Part shown: piece by piece, positions 20,022 to 30,261 of the stretch
Layout: every line of letters begins with the position of its first letter
How positions within the stretch are numbered: position 1 is the stretch's first letter
Source: Bacteroidales bacterium
GTDB taxonomy: Bacteria; Bacteroidota; Bacteroidia; Bacteroidales; VadinHA17
Assembly: GCA_029974835.1 (NCBI GenBank)
Contig: JARKQN010000089.1
Span: 4,499 to 68,498 of the forward strand
DNA length: 64,000 bases
Reading direction: 5' to 3'
Notes under the pieces: generated by a model
What the model was told of the DNA's origin: nothing
Databases searched by the model: none
The model's input: the letters and a program-made list of their open reading frames with translations, nothing else
Made by a program: the position numbers and the translations under genes

Positions 20022-23000
20022 ATGAAAAAATTATTTTTCTGCATTTTACCAATTTTTCGACCAGGCTTAAAAAAGCTACTGGTATTTATTATTGTACTAA
20101 TGACGGGTACAGTTCTGACCAGTCCTCTAAAGGGATCTGCTTCGGATGGAAATTCTTTTTCAGCGACAGAACAACAACTTACCGTTACCGGAACAATTAA
20201 AGATGAAGCAGGTCAGCCAATGCCGGGTGTCAACATAAGGGTTGACGGGACTACTGTTGGTGCTATATCGGATGCCAACGGCCGGTATACTATTAATGTT
20301 CCCGGGGCTGATGCTGTCCTGATTTTCTCATTTGTCGGGTATAACGATCTTAGAGTATCAGTGGGAGGCAGAAGTACTGTGGATGTCACTTTGCAGCCTT
20401 CTACAGAAGCCCTTGAGGAGATTGTTGTAATCGGTTATGGAACACAGAGGAAGAAAGACGTGACTTCTTCTATTGCTGTAGTCGATGTTAATACGATAAC
20501 AAAGGCACCGGTTGCCAATGTGGCAAATGCTCTTGTCGGGGCTACAGCAGGTGTTGAGGTTCAGAGTAACCTCGGCCAGCCCGGGTCGCTGCCTACCATA
20601 AGGGTTCGCGGAACCGGCAGTGTAAATACAACAGATCCCCTCTATGTGATTGACGGGATACCAATGAGCTCCCCGGATGTAAATATGAGTGATGTGGAAA
20701 GCATCCAGGTTTTAAAAGATGCTGCCTCATGTGCCATATATGGATCGCGCGGTGCAAACGGAGTGATTATAATTACAACAAAGGGAGGAAAAAAGGGTGC
20801 CCCGAAAGTAAGTTATAACGGCTACTATGGTCTGGAGAAAGCGTGGAAGACCCTGGATCTTCTTAATATACAGCAGTGGGCAGAAATGGTGGTGGAAAAC
20901 AACACTGCCGGAGGTACTACTCCTCCACCGTTAGCTTCAGATATTGTTGCCCATAAGACGGACAAACAATATGCAATCTATGATGGTACCGTCACAGACT
21001 GGCAGAAGGAACTATTCCAGACAGGAGGCATTACGGAACATAATCTGAATATATCGGGAGGTTCTGATGCCGGCAACTATTATTTTTCAGTAGGTCAGTT
21101 TGGACAGGACGGTATAATTATTGACTCCAAGTACAAAAGGTATTCGGTCAGAATGAATTCCAACTGGCAAAGCAGGAAATTTAAATTCGGTGAAAATGTC
21201 TCTTTCATTTATTCCGAGAATGAGGAAGTTGACAATAACGGAGGCCGTACCCCTCTTGAAGAGACAATTAAGATTACCCCGAATATTAAGGTTTACAATC
21301 CGTTGAAACTGGGCGGTTTCTCCGGTTATGATGCCACCATTGTCGGTCATGATGCCAGTAATCCGATAGGTTCCCTGCTGAGAGCATCAAACAGGAATTT
21401 CAGGAAAGGTTTTACCGCAAACGCTTTTGGAGAATATGAGTTCATTAAAGGGCTGTCGTTGAGAAGTACATTTGGTATAATCAATTCAGATAACTCAAAC
21501 CGAAACCTGACCCTCAAAACTGACATGACGCCAAAGAATTATGCAAATACAACTTTAAGTGAGAGTTCAACCTGGTCATATAACTGGGTTTGGGAGAATA
21601 TGCTTACTTACAGCAAAACATTTGGCGATCATAATCTTACTGCGATGGCTGCCTATACTTCCGAATATTCAAAATGGCACAGCATGGGAGCATCGGGTAC
21701 AACCATCCAGACAGAAACGAATGATGTATTATCAAAGACAGAGACCGGATTCACCGTCAATGGCAACGAATCTGAAACTTCAAGAATTTCGATGCTGGGC
21801 CGGTTAATGTATATATTCAAGGGCAAGTACATGTTAACCGCCAACGTAAGGCGTGATGGTTCGTCAAAATTCGGCCCGGGCAACAAGTGGGGAACTTTCC
21901 CTTCAGCTTCATTAGCCTGGAGAGTAAGTGACGAATCTTTTATGTCAGGTATCAGTGCAATCAACAATTTAAAACTCAGAACCAGCTACGGAGTTGTCGG
22001 AAACGATGCACCCGTTGGTGCATATTCATATGTCAGCGGATTGTCTTCGGGTCTTGACTATGTCTTTAACGGAGTGAAATATTCCGGAGTTTCCGTCACG
22101 AGTTTTAACAACCCGAGTCTTACCTGGGAAACAGTTAAGCAATTTGATGCCGGGTTTGACATAGGTCTTTTCAAGGGAGCAGTTGAAGCAACTGTTGATT
22201 TCTTTGATAAGCGTACCGTAGATATGATTATTCCCGTTCCCCTGCCTCCTTCAAGCGGATCATCAGGATCAATCTACAAAAATGTGGGAGAGATTCTTAA
22301 CAGGGGTCTGGAATTTTCCGCAACATTCCGTAAAAATTTTGGTGGCCTGGATGTATCAGTTACCGGGAACCTCACCACCCTTCATAATGAAATTCTCAGC
22401 CTGGGAGGTGCTGCACCATGGGATGCAGGCGCAACTGAACCAGGCAACGCTTCAAGGATAGCCGAGGGTCAGCCGGTAGGTGCATTTTACGGGTACAAAA
22501 TGCTGGATGTTTTTGACGACCAGGCAGCAATAGATGCATATAAAGATGAAAACGGCAATGTGATCCAGCCTGGAGCCAAACCCGGAGATATTAAATGGGC
22601 TGACCTTGACGGGAGTGGATCGATAACTACGGCAGATCGTTATTTTATGGGTAGTCCCATTCCGAAAATAACATACAGTTTCTCCGGTAACTTTGCTTAC
22701 AAGGGATTAGATCTGTCATTGTTTTTCCAGGGAGTATCAGGAAATGATATTTTTGCCGAGCTGGTTATGTGGACCGAGGGAATGCATAATAACTTCAATT
22801 GCGGTACGGCAGCACTTGACAGATGGACGCCTACAAATAAAACCTCAAATATTCCGAGAGCGGTACGAAATGATCCGAACGGCAATATCACAAAAGTGTC
22901 AGACCGTTATCTTAAGGATGGTTCATACCTGAGGTTAAAGAATGCTTCTCTGGGATATAATGTACCGAAAAGCATTACAGACCAGATTAAGTTAAACGGT

Positions 23001-23180
23001 ATCAGAATATATCTTACCGGCAGGAATCTTCTTACTTTTACGAAATATCCTTTCTATGATCCTGAAATTGGATCTTTTGCCGTAGGAGCAGGCGGAACAG
23101 CCAACACCTCCAGAGGTATTGATAACGGATATTACCCGCAGGCACGTACCTTAATAATGGGAATTCAGCTTGATTTTTAA
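20022..23180 (+). CDS. SusC/RagA-family TonB-dependent outer membrane transporter
   Basis: 1052 aa with a carboxypeptidase-regulatory-like N-domain (VTGTIKDEAGQPMPGVNIRV). Plug motifs are EEIVVIGYGTQRKKDVTSS and VLKDAASCAIYGSRGANGVIIITTK. The C-terminus ends in aromatic ...IQLDF. Confidence 0.92.
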   Translation: MKKLFFCILPIFRPGLKKLLVFIIVLMTGTVLTSPLKGSASDGNSFSATEQQLTVTGTIKDEAGQPMPGVNIRVDGTTVGAISDANGRYTINVPGADAVLIFSFVGYNDLRVSVGGRSTVDVTLQPSTEALEEIVVIGYGTQRKKDVTSSIAVVDVNTITKAPVANVANALVGATAGVEVQSNLGQPGSLPTIRVRGTGSVNTTDPLYVIDGIPMSSPDVNMSDVESIQVLKDAASCAIYGSRGANGVIIITTKGGKKGAPKVSYNGYYGLEKAWKTLDLLNIQQWAEMVVENNTAGGTTPPPLASDIVAHKTDKQYAIYDGTVTDWQKELFQTGGITEHNLNISGGSDAGNYYFSVGQFGQDGIIIDSKYKRYSVRMNSNWQSRKFKFGENVSFIYSENEEVDNNGGRTPLEETIKITPNIKVYNPLKLGGFSGYDATIVGHDASNPIGSLLRASNRNFRKGFTANAFGEYEFIKGLSLRSTFGIINSDNSNRNLTLKTDMTPKNYANTTLSESSTWSYNWVWENMLTYSKTFGDHNLTAMAAYTSEYSKWHSMGASGTTIQTETNDVLSKTETGFTVNGNESETSRISMLGRLMYIFKGKYMLTANVRRDGSSKFGPGNKWGTFPSASLAWRVSDESFMSGISAINNLKLRTSYGVVGNDAPVGAYSYVSGLSSGLDYVFNGVKYSGVSVTSFNNPSLTWETVKQFDAGFDIGLFKGAVEATVDFFDKRTVDMIIPVPLPPSSGSSGSIYKNVGEILNRGLEFSATFRKNFGGLDVSVTGNLTTLHNEILSLGGAAPWDAGATEPGNASRIAEGQPVGAFYGYKMLDVFDDQAAIDAYKDENGNVIQPGAKPGDIKWADLDGSGSITTADRYFMGSPIPKITYSFSGNFAYKGLDLSLFFQGVSGNDIFAELVMWTEGMHNNFNCGTAALDRWTPTNKTSNIPRAVRNDPNGNITKVSDRYLKDGSYLRLKNASLGYNVPKSITDQIKLNGIRIYLTGRNLLTFTKYPFYDPEIGSFAVGAGGTANTSRGIDNGYYPQARTLIMGIQLDF

Positions 23181-23191
23181 CTCTAAAAACT

Positions 23192-24871
23192 ATGAAGATG
23201 AAAACTAAAATATTAATTCTCATAACAGGATTATTATTCTTCATTTCCTGCAGTGAAGATTTTATTACCAGGGATTTTGATAAATCAAGATACGTTCCCG
23301 GAACCTTTTATGATACAAAGGACCATGCCAATCAGGCTCTGAATGCCGCCTATTCAACTCTGAACGGATGGGCAAACGGATATACCTGGTTTGTCGGTAT
23401 TATGCATTTTGTGCTCGGGGACGACCTCTATGAGACAGGCTATGCAGCAGGATTTAACCCGTGGGGACCTATAAGCAACTTTGATATTCAGGCGAATCAA
23501 AGTGCTGTAAGCGATGTATGGAATAATTATTATTACAACATTCTTATATGCAACAATGCCATTGAAGAAATGCCCAAAGCCCAGCAGGCAGCAAATGATC
23601 CTACATTTACAGAAGATGTATTGAAGCTAATGATGGGTCAGGCATATTTCTTAAGAGCTTTTTATTACTATAACCTGGCTCAGTATTTTGGAGATGACAA
23701 AATAGTAATCAGGAGAACAAAACCAAAAACAGAAGCAGATTTCTATCAGAATCCTGCTCCCCCTGACAGCGTTTTTGCATTTATTGAATCAGACCTGAAA
23801 AAAGCACAGACATTACTTACCGCCGGCCTTAATACAACTCCCGGTTACGAGAAAGGAAGAGTCACCCGTGGTGCGGCAGCAGCTCTTCTTGGTAAATTCT
23901 ATATAAACAGGGAGAAATACGCTGAAGCTGCAGCTGAATTCAGAAAAATCCTTCCGGGCGTGGGAGATGCTGCTTACGGAACTTATTCTCTTTGTAACAA
24001 TTTCAGGGATAATTTCAAGAGAACAACCGAAAACAACAGTGAATCAATCTTTGAGATACAGTTCACGAACATGAACTCGCAGGGAGCCTGGAGCAACAAT
24101 GATGTTAACTGGGTGTTCCAGAATTTTACCCTGAACCGCACCTCCTGGAGCATTATGTGGTGGAATTTTGCAGTTCCAAATTTCAAGCTGAATGATTTTG
24201 AAAGCTGGACGGAAAATATCAGCGGCACCCCGACAACCGTTTATGATTACAGGGTGTATGATACTTTCTGGGGTGTTCCAAACGGAGCAAATTTCACAGA
24301 TCAGAATGGAGTTACAAAAGACTGGCAGCAACAGGGCTGGGCTGATGAGACAGTTATCGGACAGCAGGGTGTTTACGGCATAAGGAAGTATGCCCTAGAC
24401 AGAGCAGCCGATGCTCCTGCCGGGCTGGATCCTTTGTGGTCGGATAATAACATAAGATTAATCAGGCTCGGGGATATTATGCTGCTTTATGCCGAATGTA
24501 TGGCAAAACTGAATCCATCAAATGTCACGCCATCCGATCCCAACAGTGCTGTTTACTGGGTCGATCAGATCAGGAACAGGGCAAATCTGGTGAGAGACGA
24601 TCAGGCCCATCTCTACAGTGCACGTGCCGGAGTCCCTGGTCAGTTACCGACCGCAACAGACCTGATGACTGCCAAAGGCTGGACATTAATGCAGCTGATT
24701 GAACATGAACGCTATGCCGAAGGGTATTGCGAAGGGTGGAGGAAAGAAGACCTGAAACGCTGGAAAAAAGATGCCAGCTTCGTTCAGTACAAAAGCGGCT
24801 GGAAAGGTTATCAATCTCTTACTCTGCCGGTACCCCTTTCGGAGACCGACAGAAATCCTAATTTTCAGTAA
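23192..24871 (+). CDS. SusD/RagB-family nutrient-binding lipoprotein
   Basis: 559 aa located directly after susC. The lipoprotein signal is LLFFISC. The RagB/SusD pattern includes AYFLRAFYYYNLAQYFG and ERYAEGYCEGWRKEDLKRW. Confidence 0.9.
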   Translation: MKMKTKILILITGLLFFISCSEDFITRDFDKSRYVPGTFYDTKDHANQALNAAYSTLNGWANGYTWFVGIMHFVLGDDLYETGYAAGFNPWGPISNFDIQANQSAVSDVWNNYYYNILICNNAIEEMPKAQQAANDPTFTEDVLKLMMGQAYFLRAFYYYNLAQYFGDDKIVIRRTKPKTEADFYQNPAPPDSVFAFIESDLKKAQTLLTAGLNTTPGYEKGRVTRGAAAALLGKFYINREKYAEAAAEFRKILPGVGDAAYGTYSLCNNFRDNFKRTTENNSESIFEIQFTNMNSQGAWSNNDVNWVFQNFTLNRTSWSIMWWNFAVPNFKLNDFESWTENISGTPTTVYDYRVYDTFWGVPNGANFTDQNGVTKDWQQQGWADETVIGQQGVYGIRKYALDRAADAPAGLDPLWSDNNIRLIRLGDIMLLYAECMAKLNPSNVTPSDPNSAVYWVDQIRNRANLVRDDQAHLYSARAGVPGQLPTATDLMTAKGWTLMQLIEHERYAEGYCEGWRKEDLKRWKKDASFVQYKSGWKGYQSLTLPVPLSETDRNPNFQ

Positions 24872-24896
24872 AATAGGATAAATTCTGAGAACTTTT

Positions 24897-24935
24897 AAGC
24901 ATCCATGTCTGCAAAGACATGGATGCTTTTTCTTT
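24897..24935 (+). terminator. Rho-independent terminator after susD-like gene 1
   Basis: There is a perfect 14-bp stem, AAGCATCCATGTCT / AGACATGGATGCTT, with a GCAA loop. It is followed by TTTTTCTTT. Confidence 0.85.
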
Positions 24936-25136
24936 CAGTATTTCAGACCTGAAATAAGAACCCATATAAATAAGAATTAAACCTGTTATCCTTCAAGAAG
25001 AAAAAAACAGGCGTTTTAAGAGAATTTAACAGGCGGATTGTTTTATCTTGTTATGAAAAGCATAAATTGGTATTTTAAAATAATTGATTAACCGGTTCAG
25101 AAAGAGAGAGTAAATTTCTAAATAATCAGCAGCAAA

Positions 25137-26771
25137 ATGAAAACACATTTACTAACCATTATCATGCTTTTAGGTTTTCATGGCTTTCACACGGCCGGAC
25201 AGGATATACCTCCCACAACTTCCCTGGTTTATCCGGGTACCGACGGAAAACTGGTTTATGTTGCCGACAGCCTTGGCAACAGAATCCCCGACTTCTCAAA
25301 TGCCGGTTATAAAGGCGGGGGCGTACCAATACCATATGTGCCGGTAAAAAAATCCATCTGGCCCGTTCCGGGAGATAATTCTGCAAGCATTCAGGCTGCA
25401 ATTGATGAGGTGTCTGCTCTTCCGCCCGACGCCGCAGGCTTCAGAGGGGCTGTTCTTCTCAAAGCAGGTATTTATGAACTTGAAAAACCTGTTACAATAA
25501 AAGAATCGGGTGTTGTACTGAGGGGTGAAGGGATGAGCGACTTGGGAACAATCCTTGTCGGTAAAATTCCAAAAGACCGGCAGGCTTACGGACGGGGAGG
25601 TATGATCAACATCAGCGGTAAATCAGCAATAATACCCATGGAAGAAACAAAACAAAGGATTACCGATAACTATGTCCCCGTTGGTTCAAGAAAGTTTGGC
25701 GTAGTTTCGGCCAAAGGGTTCAGGGTGGGCGATAAGGTAATTATCAGGCGATTCGGCAACCAGGACTGGATAAAGGAGATAGGTCAGGACAGTTCGAGCG
25801 TTGGCAGAAAAATGTGGAGGCCTTTTACCATCACTTATGACAGAATCATTGTAAATATTGAAGGGAACAGCATTACTGTCGATGCACCTGTATTCACCGC
25901 TGTTGAAACACGGTGGGGCGGAGGAGAAGTATTAAAATACACCGAAACACGTATTGAACAGGCCGGGGTCGAAAACCTGCGCGGAATATCGGAGTATAAT
26001 CCAACGGTCAGGACAAAAGCTTATGGAAATATGGACCGTGACAACCTGGGTGCGGCTTATCAGTATGAAGGGGAGGAGTATTATTCCGATGAAAACCACG
26101 TGGCAAATTTTATAGTCATTTCAAATGCCCAAAATGTATGGGTCAGGAACATCTCAGCCCTTCATTTTGTAACAAGCGTGGTGCTTGCCAATGCCGGCAC
26201 AAAATGGATTACCGTTCAGGACTGTGAGTCGAGGGAACCTGTTTCCCAGAGATGGGGCGGAAGAAGGTTCATATACCAAATGAACGGACAACTTATCCTG
26301 GTGCAGAGATGTTTTTCGCAAAAGGGAAGGCACTCTTTTGTACTCCAGAATGCGGAGGCAAGCGGAAATGTGTTCCTCGACTGTAAGGCAGTTAATCCTT
26401 ATTCAACAAGCGAACCCCATAACCACTGGGTCAACGGTGTTTTGTACGATAATGTTCAGGCTCCCCTTACTGCAAGGTTCTGGGATTATATCATCGGCTG
26501 GGCTGGTGCAAATATCGTTTTCTGGAACTGTGAAGGGGATTTTCTTATTCAGAAACCTCCCACGGCTCAAAATTACTCTTTCGGTCACATAGGGATTAAT
26601 GCTGTAATTTTCAATGCCGCCCTGCAGGATCTTAAAAAACCCAACGGCCATGTTGAGTCGATGGATAAACATGTTGCGCCCAGGAGCCTTTATCTTACAC
26701 AGCTTAAAGAAAGACTTGGTGAAGGTGCTGTTGTGAATATAACAAAAGAGAAACAGAAACCTGACTGGTAA
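25137..26771 (+). CDS. Secreted right-handed beta-helix (pectate-lyase-fold-like) protein, candidate unclassified carbohydrate-active enzyme
   Basis: 544 aa with a signal peptide. The N-terminal segment AGYKGGGVPIPYVP...SIQAAIDEVS...GAVLLKAGIYEL resembles the Pectate_lyase_3 type start of beta-helix enzymes. Repetitive V.N/V.D rungs occur later. Confidence 0.45.
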   Translation: MKTHLLTIIMLLGFHGFHTAGQDIPPTTSLVYPGTDGKLVYVADSLGNRIPDFSNAGYKGGGVPIPYVPVKKSIWPVPGDNSASIQAAIDEVSALPPDAAGFRGAVLLKAGIYELEKPVTIKESGVVLRGEGMSDLGTILVGKIPKDRQAYGRGGMINISGKSAIIPMEETKQRITDNYVPVGSRKFGVVSAKGFRVGDKVIIRRFGNQDWIKEIGQDSSSVGRKMWRPFTITYDRIIVNIEGNSITVDAPVFTAVETRWGGGEVLKYTETRIEQAGVENLRGISEYNPTVRTKAYGNMDRDNLGAAYQYEGEEYYSDENHVANFIVISNAQNVWVRNISALHFVTSVVLANAGTKWITVQDCESREPVSQRWGGRRFIYQMNGQLILVQRCFSQKGRHSFVLQNAEASGNVFLDCKAVNPYSTSEPHNHWVNGVLYDNVQAPLTARFWDYIIGWAGANIVFWNCEGDFLIQKPPTAQNYSFGHIGINAVIFNAALQDLKKPNGHVESMDKHVAPRSLYLTQLKERLGEGAVVNITKEKQKPDW

Positions 26772-26790
26772 TTATCCGGTTATCCGAAAT

Positions 26791-26824
26791 AAAAAAGCCC
26801 GCTTATCCTGAGCGGGCTTTTATT
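26791..26824. terminator. Bidirectional intrinsic terminator between convergent genes
   Basis: The stem AAAGCCCGCT / AGCGGGCTTT has a 7-nt loop. An A-tract lies upstream and a T-tract downstream, so it can act on both strands. Confidence 0.85.
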
Positions 26825-26840
26825 ATTATCAGGCTATCAT

Positions 26841-28769
26841 CTAAAGATAGTTTACATAGCCCTCCATGTTTGTGCGGATTTTGTAAATCCGGCTGTAGCT
26901 TACAATATAAAGGGTTTTCATGTCGTCGTCGCCAAAGCAGAGACTAACGGGGAAGGTTGGAAGATTAATCATTCCGACAAATTCCCCTTTTGCATTGAAA
27001 ATCTGGACGCCGTAATGGGTTGCAACGTAAATATTTCCCATCTTATCAATAGCCATTCCGTCGGCACTTGACGATTTGCCTTTTCGGTCGAGGACATTAT
27101 CGACGAGGAAAAGTCTGGCGAACTTTCTTCCGTTAGTGATAGTTCCGTCATCCTTTACATCGTATGCCCAGACATAATTTTCTTTATCGCTGTTTACCGG
27201 ATACCACGATTCATCATCATAACAGTTATTGATATACAAAGTTTTGCCGTCGGGAGAAAGAAGGATTCCATTCGGCATTGCGAATTCATTGGGTTCGGTT
27301 ATACGGATTATTTTACCTTCAGGGTTCACGTAATAAACAGCACGTCCGGGCTGGTTTTTGACGGCCTGAGGAGTAAACTGCGGGTCGGTGAAATAAATGC
27401 CGCCTTTCGTATCGGTAATTATGTCATTAGGTCCGTCGATTGGTTTCCCGTCATAACTATCGGCTACCACTCTTACAACCTGTCCTTTGGTGGTCATTTC
27501 AATAACCCTGTGACCAAACATGTCGCATACAAGCAGGTTGCCGTTTTTATACGGATAAAGTCCGTTTGTCTGCATTTTACCTTCCACGATATTCCTGTAG
27601 GAACCGTCGGGATTCAGTTCGACGAGGGAACTCTTTTTCGGGTCACCGTTCCATCCCTGATCGAAAAACATATTTGAAAGATAAACCTTTCCGTTCAGCC
27701 ATTTTGGTCCTTCGGTAAAGGTCAGATTAGGTTTTGTAACTTTACCGTCGACAAGCAGTTCGGGTTTTGCACCTTCAGGGATAATGGCGTGGAATGCAGT
27801 GAGCCTGGCTTTCTCCTTTTCGGTGTAGTCGGCTCTGGCCGGCCAGAAAATATCTATGGCATCACATCCAAGGTCTCCTACCTTTGCACCGTGAACCATA
27901 TTTCCCGGAATAAGAACAACGTTATCCTTTGCCATAGGCTGCTCGGTGTCGAGAAGAATCTCGTCACAGCCTCCGCGAAGCACCAGCATTGTCTGCTCTT
28001 CGGGATGTATATGTTTGTCGAAAAGAGCTCCCGGATCCATTGAGATAAAGCTAATCTGAACATTTTTTCCGGTTATCAGCCTTGAATTGGCGCCCGTCGT
28101 AAGTTCGGTAAGCTGTAAGTCATAAAGGTCATATACCTGGTTTGGTTTGATATTCGGGGTTGCAGGGCTGGGAATATCAGCATTTGACCCGGGGATATTT
28201 TCTACCCCTGCTTTCCGGAGGTAATCGAGTCTCACGGGGCTGTAGACCTCAACAATTTTTGCACCCGAAGGTCCTGCCGTCAGAGCATTTGTACTGCCTT
28301 TTTCAAGATAAACAAAATCGACCCTGGGAGTTCCGCTGTGGGTTCCATCCTGTTCTTCTCTCCTGAGAGCAATCATTTTGACATTCTCGCCGTTGATAAG
28401 CTGATTTACTTCTCCTTCCAGCACGAACATAAATCTGTCGGCCGTAAGGGTCTCCTCAGGTATCCGGGCATCAGGGTCAAGGTTAACAACACTGGTCATT
28501 ACGCCGGTTCCCCAATAGAGTTTTGCATTTACACCGGGATACAAAGGTGTTGCAGGCAATGATTCGAGACCTGCAACTTTTCCGGCCTCAAGGTTGGAAA
28601 CAATTCCTGTTTTCGGAAGGCCTTTGATTTTTCTTACGGTTAAGGCATTCTGACTGATAAGCTCGTTGTTCTTTTTCTGCCATTCGGGGCCTGATGTACA
28701 GCATGGCATGAGCAGAATCAATGCCAGCAGCCCTGTAAAAACTGTGAGTTTTGAAAATGCCGGTTTCAT
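26841..28769 (-). CDS. Lipoprotein fusing a bicupin region to an SMP-30/gluconolactonase/LRE-like beta-propeller
   Basis: 642 aa with the signal ILLMPCC. The second cupin has an intact metal motif (FDKHIHPEEQTMLVLRG ... IPGNMVHG), while the first is degenerate. The C-terminal ~300 aa carry SGL-type motifs (GPNDIITDTKGGIYFTD, MPNGILLSPDGKTLY, ADGMAIDKMGNIYVA). Confidence 0.7.
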   Translation of the reverse strand: MKPAFSKLTVFTGLLALILLMPCCTSGPEWQKKNNELISQNALTVRKIKGLPKTGIVSNLEAGKVAGLESLPATPLYPGVNAKLYWGTGVMTSVVNLDPDARIPEETLTADRFMFVLEGEVNQLINGENVKMIALRREEQDGTHSGTPRVDFVYLEKGSTNALTAGPSGAKIVEVYSPVRLDYLRKAGVENIPGSNADIPSPATPNIKPNQVYDLYDLQLTELTTGANSRLITGKNVQISFISMDPGALFDKHIHPEEQTMLVLRGGCDEILLDTEQPMAKDNVVLIPGNMVHGAKVGDLGCDAIDIFWPARADYTEKEKARLTAFHAIIPEGAKPELLVDGKVTKPNLTFTEGPKWLNGKVYLSNMFFDQGWNGDPKKSSLVELNPDGSYRNIVEGKMQTNGLYPYKNGNLLVCDMFGHRVIEMTTKGQVVRVVADSYDGKPIDGPNDIITDTKGGIYFTDPQFTPQAVKNQPGRAVYYVNPEGKIIRITEPNEFAMPNGILLSPDGKTLYINNCYDDESWYPVNSDKENYVWAYDVKDDGTITNGRKFARLFLVDNVLDRKGKSSSADGMAIDKMGNIYVATHYGVQIFNAKGEFVGMINLPTFPVSLCFGDDDMKTLYIVSYSRIYKIRTNMEGYVNYL

Positions 28770-28808
28770 AGATTTTAAAGTTTAAATGATAGTTGATAGT
28801 ATTTTAAG

Positions 28809-30206
28809 TTATTTCTGTTTTTCGGTAGTAACGTTTCTTTTTCCAAGAGGATCGTCAGACTGGTCCATCCCGACCACATCGTAGCCAAACCACTGGTATG
28901 CTTTGGCAAGAGCAGCCGTTTTGGGCCATGCCTCATCATGTTCTTTTGTTTTTGTCCATGCCTGGCGATGTTCTTCGGTATCGAACATCAGTTCCATTTC
29001 GAAGTTGAAATTCGTTGAAGGGGAGCCAATTTTCCTTGAAAAATCATCGGGGAAGCGCCGGAGCAGTTTAGAACCGAGATAGCCCACCTGTTTTCTGAGG
29101 GCGGGCACGTAAACCTCGATATAGTTTTTCTCGAATGCCTCAAAATTCTTGGGTTCCACTTCGAAAAACATCTGAAGCTTGGCCATAGTAAGAGGGACAT
29201 CAACAACATCGAGTTTCCCTTTTTCGAGGGCAACGCCGTAAACGATCATTTCAAGAGGTTCGTTTGCCGAGCTTTCGAGTGAATGAATTTCACCCGCCTT
29301 TACGGGCACGGCATCGCCATAGGCTATTTCGGCCCATTCGTCATTTACATAAACCTTTCCCTTGCCTTTAATAACAAAATAAACTTCATCAACACCTGCA
29401 TGGTAATGTCTTCCGACAGAGGCACCGACAGGTATCAGGAGATGATCGACAAATGCCCAGTTTGAAACGAATGCTCCCGGGCCAAGGGCTCTCCTGTAAA
29501 AAACGGTATCCTTTCCTCCGTTCATACCCGCCACCGGACGCAATGAAGCTTTTGTTAGCTGACCGGTACTGATGAATGTAGGCTTTTTATCAAGTGTAAC
29601 TCCAACGCGGTCATCACCTATGTCGAAAGTACCTGTGGGGTCGGCAGAGTAGTTAAATCCGCCTCTGCGGACCGGAGGAGCCGAAGTTCCTGAGGGAGCG
29701 GCAGGGGTCGCATAAGTTGTGACCGGAGCAGATGTAGTTACTGCCACGTTAAAATTAACCCAGTCGGCCGGTTTGGCTGAAGGGTTATAGACAGCATGTG
29801 AGTTACCCGAACTGCAGGGTACACCTACCGGTCCTTTAAGAAGAGCCGTCCTTCCGTTGACGGTAAATTCGCAGTCGGCATCAAGGATGAGGAACATTTC
29901 ATCGGAGTTGGTATGAAAATGATGGCCTATAGAACTTTTTGGTCCGAGGGGTCCGTGATGCATGAAGTTAAGACCCGTAATGGCACCCCTCCCGAGTAAT
30001 GTCTGCATTTGCAACGTTCCTGCACCCTGGTGGACATTTTTACTTACCATCGCCCTGGAGGGGTCTGAATGTCCAATACGGTTTGCAAGGGGCACTGTTT
30101 TGGATTTTTCCTGAGCTCCGAGAGGAGCAGCGGCGATCAATAAAATAGTCAGAAAAATGGAGGCAATTATTGACGCCCTTTCATTAATATTTCTTTTTCT
30201 TTTCAT
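28809..30206 (-). CDS. Secreted bicupin metalloprotein with a C-terminal ABM/Dabb-like domain
   Basis: 465 aa with a signal peptide ending APLGAQE. There are two complete cupin metal motifs: GHHFHTNSDEMFLILDADCEF...SGNSHAVYN and GRHYHAGVDEVYFVIKGKG...AGEIHSLE. The ~100-aa tail (MFFEVEPKNFEAFEK...) resembles antibiotic-biosynthesis-monooxygenase-like domains. Confidence 0.65.
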   Translation of the reverse strand: MKRKRNINERASIIASIFLTILLIAAAPLGAQEKSKTVPLANRIGHSDPSRAMVSKNVHQGAGTLQMQTLLGRGAITGLNFMHHGPLGPKSSIGHHFHTNSDEMFLILDADCEFTVNGRTALLKGPVGVPCSSGNSHAVYNPSAKPADWVNFNVAVTTSAPVTTYATPAAPSGTSAPPVRRGGFNYSADPTGTFDIGDDRVGVTLDKKPTFISTGQLTKASLRPVAGMNGGKDTVFYRRALGPGAFVSNWAFVDHLLIPVGASVGRHYHAGVDEVYFVIKGKGKVYVNDEWAEIAYGDAVPVKAGEIHSLESSANEPLEMIVYGVALEKGKLDVVDVPLTMAKLQMFFEVEPKNFEAFEKNYIEVYVPALRKQVGYLGSKLLRRFPDDFSRKIGSPSTNFNFEMELMFDTEEHRQAWTKTKEHDEAWPKTAALAKAYQWFGYDVVGMDQSDDPLGKRNVTTEKQK

Positions 30207-30261
30207 AAGTTGTAAATTTCAGGTTATATTATAAATAAATACAGAGACAAAATACTGAAGG

